Assembly: GCA_010015585.1 (NCBI GenBank)
Contig: ML975196.1
DNA: 44,301 nt
Reading direction: 5' to 3' (one strand)
Source: Eremomyces bilateralis CBS 781.70
Taxonomy: Eukaryota
The translations under genes and the position numbers were made by a program. The first letter of the stretch is position 1; each line of letters begins with the position of its first letter. Of this stretch, positions 24,693 to 34,866 are shown in pieces. The notes below the pieces were generated by a model. The model was not told the origin of the DNA. It did not search any database and was given only the letters and a program-made list of their open reading frames with translations.

Positions 24693-24869
24693 TGTTACGG
24701 CACGGTAGCTGGATGCACACAACATACACGTAGCCAAAGATATTCTAGATTGAGATGAAGAGTACAAGGTAGCTGTGACAGAGGAATCTTGATGAGGTTC
24801 CATCTCTACGCTAGGTTTGATTAGGCTTAGGCTCTCAGCCTATGCCAACCATGGGCCATGCCCATAACA
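24693..24869 (-). mobile_element. Solo LTR (family C), TSD ATAAG
   Basis: TGTTAC...ATAACA ends; ATAAG at 24688-92 and 24870-74; related to 34679-34866 in the opposite orientation. Confidence 0.88.
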
Positions 24870-24931
24870 ATAAGGGGATATATAATACAAGACCTTCAAG
24901 AGGCAAGGTGCGCAGGGTGTAAGAAACCTGG

Positions 24932-25373
24932 TGTCAAGATCTGATGTCATTACTTAGTCATTCGTTTCCCCGCTTCGGCTATTACTTAGTCATTCGTTTC
25001 CCCTCTTCGGCTATTACTTAGTCATGGGTATATCTACCTCGTGTTATGGTCCCAGGCCTGCGGCCTGTTCCCTTGGTTGTGGCTGAAGACGTGGCTGGTG
25101 GATTATATCAGAGAAGCAAACAAACATGGTAACACAGCAGTAGGGCATTGGAGAGGAGAGTCGCTATCTCGCGCACAAAGGTGCCGGGAGATTTCTTCTC
25201 TCTCTCTCTCTCTTCAGTTTAGATTAATGGAACTTGGTAATCGCAGACCTTGCGCATCCAGACCGTGTCACCTCGTTCTGTATTCTACTTCTTACAGAAA
25301 TACAAGCATCGCATTGCCTCTGAACAGGTATCCTATTGCTTCCGTGATTGACGACACGCCAAAACGTTCAACA
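24932..25373 (+). mobile_element. Solo LTR (family D), TSD CCTGG, containing a ~32-bp tandem repeat and a nested LTR
   Basis: TGTCAAG...TTCAACA ends; CCTGG at 24927-31 and 25374-78; repeat ATTACTTAGTCATTCGTTTCCCC(G/T)CTTCGGCT about 2.4 times. Confidence 0.88.
25042..25270 (+). mobile_element. Solo LTR (family E, chromovirus-associated), TSD CCTCG
   Basis: TGTTATGG...CCGTGTCA ends; CCTCG at 25037-41 and 25271-75; homologous to the 3' LTR at 32232-32471. Confidence 0.92.
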
Positions 25374-25943
25374 CCTGGGCACTTTACCTGGATGACCAGA
25401 AGCTGTACGACATATAAATCCTTCGCAGTTGGCCAGCGAGCCACAGAAAACCGCCTCAATGAGGCTACCGTCGCTGTCCAAAGCCAAAACCAAAACCAAA
25501 ACGTCACAACCCACCAGGTCCGCCACGCCGACGAGGGACACACCCTCGTTAAGCACTCCCAGAAGCGGAAGAGGGCAGGACCTGGGAGGCCCTCAGGAAC
25601 CACGGTGGCTGCCCGAGCCCCAGGGCAGCAGCGGCTCCAGCTCTCGGCTAGTCAGCCGAACGACTTCATGTTCGGCATTAGTATTCCTACCTTTACGACG
25701 CCTACCGGAAAGGACACGACCGGAGAGGACATGACACCTACCGGAAAGGACAATACCCCTAGTGCTCAATAATAGGGACTGGCATCCTCCAATATAACTG
25801 CGGTAATGCGAACAACGATAAGGCTAGGGCTACCTTCGACTGGATTGATCCTACCCGGCTTCCTATACTTGCAATTCAGGAACCGATAGTCGCCGAAACT
25901 AAGCCAACAGTCACCTATACACCGAAGAACTTTCGCCTAAGTC

Positions 25944-26106
25944 TGAGACGGTTTGATCGCAGAAGTTACGAGAACCACTTTCATTTATTGCAAAGCTAAA
26001 GAAGAAGAGCTATCTACGACGCGTGCGCGATGTCCAAAACTTCGACAGTTGACTTAGTCACGTGACTATCATTCAGGAGACAGGCCACAGGCTTGGAACC
26101 ATAACA
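25944..26106 (-). mobile_element. Solo LTR related to family E; no TSD
   Basis: Reverse complement begins TGTTATGGTTCCAAGCCTGTGGCCTGT and ends AAACCGTCTCA, resembling family E ends. Flanks AAGTC/ATACC differ. Confidence 0.72.
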
Positions 26107-26116
26107 ATACCCAGGA

Positions 26117-26571
26117 GGCTGGTGAGATTTTCCCCCCCGTTTTTGAGATTTTCCCCCCTCAGGAGTACCAAAATCACCACATTTCAACTTCAACGCGAAA
26201 CAGCTCAACACCAGCTTCGAAATAATATAATTTTTAAATGCTTAGAAAAATACTAAAGCCTGGGTAACTGAGCCTACTATTTTAGATCTCTATATACCCC
26301 CTGCGTTGTGGTTTAATTTTGTGCTGAAGTTGGTGAGTTGTATGAAAAAACTACCATAACTTTAATCCTAAATCACGTAACACCACAACTTATTAGGATT
26401 AAATTTCGGAGTCTAGGAGCAAGAGGGAGTCCTAAAGAACTCTATCTAAGTTTTGAATTTAAAAATAATGTTGAAAGTGTGGCTATATTGCCTTGTAAAT
26501 TTCCAAAGCGGCGGTTTTGGTACTTCTGAAGGGGGGAAAATCTCAAAACGGGGGGGAAAATCTCACCAGCC
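26117..26571. mobile_element. Mutator-like (MULE) MITE with 9-bp TSD
   Basis: ~45-bp TIRs GGCTGGTGAGATTTTCCCCCCCGTTTT(T)GAGATTTTCCCCCCT; TACCCAGGA at 26108-16 and 26572-80; AT-rich non-coding interior. Confidence 0.92.
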
Positions 26572-27025
26572 TACCCAGGATTATGTAATTAATGTACAGA
26601 ATAGGATGACTAAATAAACCTCTGATTCCTGACAATTACAGACAGGCCTGGGGGCCCTGCTGGCGGGCACAGGAATAATTAACCAACCAACCAATCAATC
26701 AATCGATATGTAGTTCCCCTTCTTTAACTTTATAATAAATGAAAGTGGTTCTCACAACCTCCGCGGTCAAACTGTCTCACCTATGTCTATATAAACCGCT
26801 CTATCCGTACCCAAATCCTAGATCCTTAACCACTAGTTATGAGGTCCCTTCCATATTGCTGATGACACCTACTATCCCCTGCTAAAATCAAGCGATTCTT
26901 GATTCAATATCGGATCACCCATATTATTCCCGGCGCCCTTTTATGTTTTGTCACGTCTCTTCTCTTATTTATCGTTAGATCCAGTTATTTGTTCATATAG
27001 AAGTGTTGGTACGGGTGTTTGAGCA

Positions 27026-28778
27026 ATGGATTTATTTATAGTCTTTCTCGCCAGTTCTCTCGCCCTCGCTAATGCCGAGTGTATGTGTGAAAATGAATCC
27101 TTCGGGCAAAGAGTTAGCTAACCGTAAAACAGTGTCCTATAATGTCTCCAGCTCTATGACCATAACTCCTAGCCCCGAATCATCGTGTTCAGCTAACTGC
27201 TCAGTCGGCCCACCTGACCTTACCTCTTGGGTATGGGTGCCGGTTACAATCACTAGGAACATTACTCTGGCCACGGTTATATATATCGTGAACAACCGCA
27301 CGAACACGACGAAGACCACAACTATAACGAACACGTTACCCGCGGATATTACACCCCCGCCAACCAATGTAGGGGGGACCGTTGTCAATACGTTCACCTA
27401 CGAAGGGTATAATGGGGTTAATACAACGAAGGTTATCACCTATCCGTCCCTTTGGTGGGACTATAACGAGTCGTATTCCTGGGGGGGGACCCTTAATATA
27501 TCGTCGACGACATCGGGAGGTCTAAAGGATACCGCCCCAATATGCATTACAGCGCCAGAAGGGGGTACCACCCTAACACTGAAATCTCATCCGCCATACC
27601 CAGGGGTAACTGATTATTATACCTGGCTAGAGGACGAAGTTCTTTGGGAAAGCTGTATGTCATCCGCATATGGACCATCTATCTCCGCCTGGCCGGTTGG
27701 CTCCGATGCTACTACCTGTTTGCCCGTCTTGTCGACCATCAGACACAAGTATCCTAAATCTGACGACACTCTTGGACTTACGTATACCTTGGTCGAAAAG
27801 TGGGAGAGGAATGGACTCGGGTTATATACCGAGCTCTTCCCAGAGCTGGCAACCTATACCGACTGTAATCAGACTGGAGTCCATCCTGTCCAACCTATTC
27901 ATACCGTCGGCTTCCTAACCGAGACGAGCGTCAGCTTCGACGACTCCATCGAACCAACGCCTCCAGGCAACTCGGAGAATCCCGGTCCTGAGCCTACACC
28001 ACTGCCGCCAACAGTCCTACCACCCCAACCCGAGCCAACACCCCAGCCTGAACAACCTACACCATCGCTGCAGCCCGAACAACCTACACCATCCCCCCAG
28101 CCCGGACAACCCGCCCCATCCCCCCAGCCCCAACAACCCTCTCCCAGCGACGACGTCGGCAGCATCATCGCCTCTCTCCTCAACCCCGGCGGCAACCCAA
28201 ACCCGCCCGCCAACTCCGTTCCAGCGCAACCCGCCGCAGAACCAGCATCCAACGCCCCCGCGAACCCAGGGAACGACGCCAGGATCCCTCCCGGAGCTGC
28301 ACCCGCTGCACCCGCTGCACCCGCTGCGCCGGGCGCTGCGGCACCGAGCGATCCGCTGGCGGGGTTCATCATTAGTGCGATTGGTGGAGAGGCGCCGGTA
28401 GCTGGAGATACTCCTGGTACTGGATCAGGATCGGGATCTGGACAAGAGAATCCAGGGATCCCAGCCGGCACTGGTAGCGGAAGCGGTACTGGCACTGGAA
28501 GTGGCTCTGACAGCGGAAGAGGCACTGGCAGTCGCACTGGTAGCGGCATTGGAAGCGGTACGGGCAGTGGAAACGGTTCTAGCGGCACAAGCGGCGCTCC
28601 AGCAGGCGGCGCTAGTTCTACCGGCAGCCCATCCAACGGAACCAGCAATCCTTCAACTTCGCGACCTACGGCACCCTTGACCAAACCGTCGGGTGCAGCG
28701 TCGCGGGGCGTGACGATGGGATACGGAACGTGGTCGTTCTCGTTTCTTTCGCTGCTATTTAGAGCGTGGTCGGTGTGA
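27026..28778 (+). CDS. Secreted, probably GPI-anchored Ser/Thr/Pro/Gly-rich cell-surface protein; exons 27026-27080 and 27133-28778
   Basis: Signal peptide MDLFIVFLASSLALANA joined via a GTATGT..GCTAAC..CAG intron. Cys-containing N-terminal domain, PEQPTPS/APA/GSGT repeats, and a C-terminal SGAAS..hydrophobic tail. Confidence 0.82.
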
Positions 28779-28943
28779 GTGAGGAAGCGGAGGAAAGAGG
28801 AGGTATTTTGAGATCTTGTTGATGGAAGTATTATAATACGGGGGATTATTTCGAGCGGGGAACAATTAAAGGGAATGGCGGATAACGTGGTAGAGCATTA
28901 TATTGAAGTCGTACGCGCTTAGACTGCTCATGATAGAGAGGAT

Positions 28944-29088
28944 TAGAGCTCCGAAATGAATAAATGAATACGAATATGGCCCATATTCATATTCGCTCTT
29001 CACGAATATGAATAATATAAATATTATTCATATAAATATGCCCAATATTCATATTCATATTCGTATTCATATTTATTCATATATCTCT
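28944..29088. repeat. Short palindromic GAATAT/ATATTC-rich element (probable MITE remnant)
   Basis: ATGAATAAATGAATACGAATATG (28956-78) is mirrored by CATATTCGTATTCATATTTATTCAT (29056-80); many internal GAATATG/CATATTC units. Confidence 0.6.
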
Positions 29089-29489
29089 CCGGGAATTTGT
29101 TGTTCCGGGCCGACCCGTTTCCTCTTCCTATAGTTATATGCTATCGTCTTGCTTATTAATAGACAGATTTCAGTCCAGTTCCTATGCCAGAACATAGGCA
29201 GGTGTTTTTTGCGCTGCTTTGAACCGTGCTGCGAATAGCCATGAATTTGGATCCCATATATCCCGTATGTCTAGGTACGGGGCCCTATTCAATTGCAGGT
29301 AGAGAGCGATTGAAAGATTGCCTCTCATTCCCAATATCATTTTTATTCAAATTTCTGCGCAAACAACCTCTCAAACGTTAACGCTGTCTAAATCCTCCAA
29401 AACCTATTGAATAACTATCAAATTTGCACTGGGAATAAGTTACATGAGTTGACACGTTAATGACGCGTCAAATTATGTACTCGACTATT

Positions 29490-30447
29490 GGTGATAGAGA
29501 ATGGCGGTATATCCTGTAGTATTAGAGAGGAGACCCGGTAGGACTAGAGCGTTTCCTCGATAAGCTGAAGATCTGGTAGTTAAGGCGTCTTCGAAACCTG
29601 TATTGGTAGGGGAAGCGGAATCACTCTGGATTCCTCCCTAAGGATTGTTATTAAGAGGCTGAAATGCCTGATGACTGGACGATTACTGAGAGTCCGGTTC
29701 AGGTGTTGCATTAGGCGTAGCAAGATGACCTAGAGGACTGGATAGGAGCTGTTAGACCTTAGCGCTTGTCTATAGAAGTGGAGATAATAGGCTGTCAAGG
29801 TCTTTGGGCTGGATGCCGTTGTGCGCAGGGTCAAGGGAATCATTATCTAGAATAGGAGGAAGTTCCGTATTAAAGCGAGGAACTATAACCTTAAGCTGTT
29901 AGATATCCTGGTCTGAAGGAGGAGATAGGGTAGCGTAGAGGACTGGGTCGTACTGAATGGACTCATCGATCCGGACGTCTCGGCTATCGAGGATGCGATT
30001 TAGCGAAGGAACCCAGACACGATAGATGTTTAAGGTAGAGTAGCCAGTCAGAAAACCTATATAAGCGCGTTCTTCCATCTTATCCTTCTTTACGTTCTCT
30101 TTACGTACGAAAGCCTTAGATCTAATGATCCGGAGATGGGAGAGGTTTGGCTTCCTCTTCGCGATAATTTTAAAGGGTGTAATGAACTTGTTACGAGTAG
30201 GGTGCTTGAATAGAGTCCGATTAAGCAGATACTCGGCATGCGCGACAAATTCAGGCCAGAGAGACGTCGGAAGTTTAGACTCGATGCAGATTTTGCGAGC
30301 CATAGTTACCATCACCCCCCCAGAACGTTCTATAAAGCCGTTCTGGTTGTGGTACGCGCGAGATCCGCTTTGGGACTTGAGCTAGGTTGCAGGTATCGCA
30401 CAAGGAGTTGTCCTTGTCTGGCGAGGAGCGGGTGATAATTCTGATAC
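29490..30447 (-). mobile_element. Ty1/copia internal fragment (pre-integrase Zn motif plus integrase C-terminal half), degenerate; left boundary approximate
   Basis: CDTCNLAQVPKRISRVP, then QNGFIERSGGVMVTMARKICIESKLPTSLWPEFVAHAEYLLNRT...KPNLSHLRII...GFLTGY...IYRVWVP...SRDVRIDE. Confidence 0.87.
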
Positions 30448-30651
30448 TGTAAGAGTCTCACTGTCGGGAATCTCCAATCGTGAGGCAAACATTGAATTGT
30501 TGCTATGAAGGAGGAATCTATCTAAGGTGTGCGAGGCGTTTATCTGTTCTGGTGTTTACAGAGCAAACCTGCAACACATCGTGAGGCCGTAAGGCATCCA
30601 CATCCCAAGGCCCCAAGGCATCAGACTGAATTCAATCTTCGATCCTTCACA
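30448..30651. mobile_element. LTR (family F) at the copia/Tc1 junction; no TSD
   Basis: TGTAAG...TTCACA ends; first ~75 bp recur at 36652-36714; flanks GATAC/ACGGC differ. Confidence 0.7.
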
Positions 30652-31769
30652 ACGGCTCACGTTCTGGACGGCCTACGAAACAGACTGAAGAGACTACCTC
30701 AGATGTCCTATCTAAGGTCCGTACTGATCGATATGGTCGGGAGAAAACCTGTGCTCAAATTGCCATAGAGGTTGGAGGGGTGTCAGATATCACCGTCTAG
30801 AGAATCCTCCGGTCTTCAGGCTTCAGAAAGACCAAACTAACAAGAAAGCCTAGACTTACAGCCGAAATGAAAGAAGCCCGACTAAGATTTGCGCTTAATC
30901 ATAAAGACTGGACAATCGAAGATTGGAAGAAGGTTATCTGGTCAGATGAGACCTCAGTTGTCTATGGTTTTCGACGCGGAGGATACCGAGTTTGGCGCCG
31001 TCCCGACGAACGATTTAACAAGTCTTGTATCCGTCCACGATGGAAGGGATACTCTGAATTCATGTTTTGGGGTTGTTTCTCGTGGGATCAGAAAGGTCCT
31101 TACCATATCTGGAAACCAGAAACGAAGTCTCAACGCAAGGACAATGATAAGACTCTAGATAAGATCAATGCTGAATTAGAGCCAATTATGAAGACTGAGT
31201 GGGAGCTGAATACGCCATTTCGTCGGTTGGGTCTTCGGAATAAGCCAGGAAAGAAACCAGCTTGGAAATGGAATGAGAGACACGGAAAACTCGCGAGAAA
31301 CTCTACAGGCGGGATTGATTGGTTTCTCTATTATTAACAGGTTGTTATCCCGAAGCTAATCCCATTCGCAAAGAAGCTTGAGGATATACGTCCTAATATC
31401 TTGATTCAAGAGGATGGAGCGAGTCCTCATCGCTCAACGCATAAGGATAGACTCTATTCCTTAAATCAGGTACGAGCTCTCTTATGGCCAGGGAACTCTC
31501 CAGATTTAAACATGATTGAACCATCATGGCCTCATCTCAAACGAGTTACTACGAAGAAAGGAGCTCCTCAGAATCGAGCGCAGGCTGAGAGGGCATGGCT
31601 AGAAGCCTGGGATGAGCTTGAGCAAGAACGGATTCAGGCCTGGATAGAGAAGATTCCGAGACATATTCAAAAGATTATAGAATTAGAGGGTGGAAATGAG
31701 TATAGAGAAGGGAAACAAGAGAAGATGAGACGATTTCAGAGTCTTAAACCTGAATGGGAAGACATCTAG
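30652..31769 (+). pseudogene. Tc1-family DD34E transposase, 5'-truncated, with stops
   Basis: RSGRPTK, RKPRLT, WKKVIWSDE, FMFWGCF, QEDGA-(34 aa)-SPDLNMIE; in-frame TAG and TAA. Confidence 0.92.
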
Positions 31770-31879
31770 AGTAGAAATTGGCATAGAATTCAGGAATTCA
31801 TGATCATTTGCCAAGTCACGCTACTAGGACGCTAGTAGCGCCACAGTGCACAGACCAGGAAAAAGCTTTTGAAAGGCGC

Positions 31880-32471
31880 CTCCGTATCCACAACGTGTTC
31901 CACAAGTCCTTGCTAAGGCTAGTGCCAACGGATCCTTTCCCAAGCCAATAGCAAGACGACATACAACCAGAACCGATCGATGTAGACGGAGAAGATGAGT
32001 GGTCACTACAAGAGATTATGGATGACAGAGTGAAACGAGGACGCGGTAGAGGAGGACTATTAAGAAGAGAATTCCTATGTAAATGGGAAGGTTACGCGGA
32101 ACTAACTTGGGAAGCTGCTTGGTGCGTTGAAGATATAGTAGTATTAGATGATTACGAACGGAAGACAAGGCGAGACATCTTGAACGAACCTCTTAAGCTT
32201 AGTTAACCGCCTTCGGGGAGGAGGAGGGTATTGTTATGGTCCTAGGCCTGTAGCCTGAGCCCTTGGGTGTGGCTGATAGCCACTGAGGTGTGGCTGGTGG
32301 ATTGCATAGGGATTATCAGAAAGCAAACATAGTTACACTGCATTAGGGCAGCAGAGGGGAGAGTCGCTACTTTACGTACAAAGGCGCCAGGAGATTCTCT
32401 CTTTCCCTCTCTCTTCAGTTTAGATTAATGGAACTTGGTAATCGCAGATCTTACGCATCCAAACCGTGTCA
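31880..32471 (+). mobile_element. 3' end of a Ty3/gypsy chromovirus: integrase C-terminus, chromodomain, PPT and 3' LTR (32232-32471)
   Basis: IHNVFHKSLLR...EDEWSLQEIMDDR...FLCKWEGYAELTWE; polypurine tract GGGGAGGAGGAGGG directly before TGTTATGG...GTGTCA. Confidence 0.9.
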
Positions 32472-33098
32472 GACGGCCCCGTTTCCGGCGGTATGGGGCA
32501 CGAAGAGAGCTATATCGAACAAGATGTGCACGATAGCGGTAGATAGTAGAAACTCCTAGGCCAGTTTCCGTTGCAATAGCTTGTGGTGACCAACCTAGGA
32601 GGAAATATCTAATGTATTGAGCGCGTTTCGTGTCTTCTACGCCATGGTGGTTATACTGCAGCTCTAAAGGCTGGCTAAAATTGCGTCAGTAATTTAAACT
32701 ATATTAGTTCTCTAGGAATATATACATTTTAGACATTTGAGCCCCGAATTCAGCGCGTTGTGGTCATAAAATGGGCGATATCGCGTTTTCTGGTGGAATT
32801 GCGGGCGGGATACACACACACTCAAAAAAACGCCAAGCGTTCTCTCACATTTTGTAACCGCCAGCAGCCTAAATTATGAAGGTAAAAGGGTAGGACGCAC
32901 AAAACACGCTAATTCCGAATGAGAAGCTGACTATTCACAAATTACAACCGACGGATTCACCACGCAAGCGCTATATCTACCTCTTCCCGTCTACTGGCGT
33001 CATCTTCGATCTTATTGTCTCCTCTTTTATTTTCTAGGCAGAATTTCAAACCCCAAATATCCTTCCCCATTGGATGAGGGGACACCCACTATAGCAGA

Positions 33099-34296
33099 AT
33101 GTACACTGTTCTTTATCTCCTCAGTCTCGCGCAACCCACCCTATCACTATGGCCAAGCGCCTACGACAAGGACACACGCTCCGGCGCGACAGTTGATTCT
33201 GATCTCGCCCCGCGCCCGACAGATGCACCGTTACAAAGAAGACAGGGAACCGTGACCGAGCATATTCCCGACAATGTCTGTGGATGGTTTCAGGGGGGCG
33301 ATTATTGTACGGTATTAGCAATTCTAAGTTAGGGATAACTACTAATCAACATGGATCTACAGCTGACAGTTACACACTCTCCCCCTCCTGCCACTGGAAC
33401 AGCGACAAGAAAATCGTCGGGGATGATCGCTATACAGACTGTCTTGGGTTTTATGTTGCAACGGCATCCCTTCCCTCCGACTTCCTTACATGGTATACTA
33501 TATACCCTATTTACCCTATTTACATTGTCTATGCGGAGTATACGGCTAATACTTCGTGTGTGACAGTTCCGACCCCAACAATGCCTACTGCGTATCCTTC
33601 GTCTACCCCTCCGGCTATAGCGGCTTTGGCTGTGCTACTCGTGACGCCCCTTTAACCCCGACGATGGAAATGACATGGAGCGGCATGGATACCGCAATCG
33701 CCTTTCCCACATATACAGGGAGGAACGGCGCCTCAATAGGCACTCAGCTACCTATGAAGACCACTACCGAAACGGGCCATCTCTCAGGGACTTCTTCAAA
33801 TGATCCATCTGGCTCTAACTCCAAATCGCCTACCCCAGTTGGCGCCATTGTTGGAGGCGTTATCGGGGGTCTTGCCGTGGTTGGCATCGTTGTAGCCCTC
33901 GTAGTATTCATGGTTATTCGCGCCTCCCGACGGAAACGAGACAATCCCCCTGTACCTCCCAATGGCCCACAGCAACCCGTTATTGAACAGCACATACCAG
34001 CCCTCAATCCAGAGGACGGCAAAGAGGCTGCTCTTGTCTCATATAGCACGCCCCAGCAAGATGCCACTCCGCCGTTTATACAACAACAGAATCAACCACC
34101 ACCACCCCATCCTCTTCCCCAACAGCCAGAGCTTCACAGTCAAGCGGTTCCCCCAGGGCTGCACGACCAATATATCTACGAGGCACCGCAGTCAAACGTT
34201 GCTCCAGCACAACCATCACAGCCGCAGCAACAGCAACAACAATTCATCGCATCAAGCCTGACTGCTGGGCATGCAAACATTTACGAGGCGCCATAG
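33099..34296 (+). CDS. Type I single-pass membrane protein (signal peptide, Cys-rich ectodomain, TM helix, Pro/Gln-rich tail); exons 33099-33306, 33363-33492, 33567-34296
   Basis: MYTVLYLLSLAQPTLS; VCGW, CHWN and AYC..GFGC cysteines; TM PVGAIVGGVIGGLAVVGIVVALVVFMVI followed by RASRRKR; C-terminal IYEAP twice. Two GT-AG introns keep the frame. Confidence 0.8.
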
Positions 34297-34678
34297 CACA
34301 GGAAATAGCACACTAGTACGGGTGGAGACTGGATATAGCGCGACAGATCAGGATTGCCCAAGAACGGGAGAATACCCGTGCCTTGAATTTTCTCAATGGT
34401 GAAGACGTGCAACGGCAGGTCCTTTACCAGGGAGAGCTTATTGAGGTATGAAAGTACATAGCAGTTGTTCCTAGTTTATTGTCAAGCTATGGAAAAAGAG
34501 TACTTTTGGCCTGGGGTGGATGCCATAACCGTGCAAGAAGCACCTTCCAACATGCAGTAGCCTAATTTTATATTCCTTGAGATGCACACTCCAGTATACT
34601 TGAATCGAACCTGACTTTGAGAAAACTATTCTGAGAATGTTCATCCTGATTGATACAATCAAAGGCTCAGCCACAGAC

Positions 34679-34866
34679 TGTTATGGGTTGAAACCCTTGG
34701 TTGGCTCAGGCTGAGAGCCTAGGCCTGATTAGGTTAAGGGCAAATCAGAGTCTAACCTCTCCGATGTAAACAAGAAAGCTTCCCTTTCTTGTTCTCTTCT
34801 TTAGCTTAATCTAGAATATCTTTGGCTACGTGTATGTTGTGTACATCCAGCTACCGTGCCGTAACA
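34679..34866 (+). mobile_element. Solo LTR (family C); no TSD
   Basis: TGTTATGGG...CCGTAACA ends; last ~58 bp nearly identical to the reverse complement of 24693-24750; flanks CAGAC/AGGCT differ. Confidence 0.85.

Larger units (their letters stand above)
23590..26704 (+). mobile_element. Degenerate Tad1-like LINE (ORF1, start of AP-endonuclease ORF2, probable 3' tail) carrying five nested insertions; 5' boundary approximate
   Basis: ORF1 has many TAG/TAA stops and zinc knuckles *CFRY*KWGY, CWRCAKQH and CAGCKKPG|HFTWMTRSC (rejoined after removing LTRs), ending TAA 25772. ORF2 begins ILQYNCGN...ILAIQEP. Tail (ACCA/ATCA)n at ~26681-26704. Confidence 0.85.

Noticed and set aside
24948..25025. 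~32-bp direct repeats that look CRISPR-like
   Set aside because: Head-to-tail with no unique spacers, inside a solo LTR, in a eukaryotic context with no cas genes.
25041..25772. 243-aa ORF
   Set aside because: Chimera of two nested LTRs read into the end of LINE ORF1.
27899..28684. 261-aa minus-strand ORF
   Set aside because: Antisense shadow of the GC-rich repeat region of the surface-protein gene.
29277..29490. Possible left end of the Tc1 element (TA-CGGGGCCC...)
   Set aside because: No matching right TIR found after the transposase stop at 31769.
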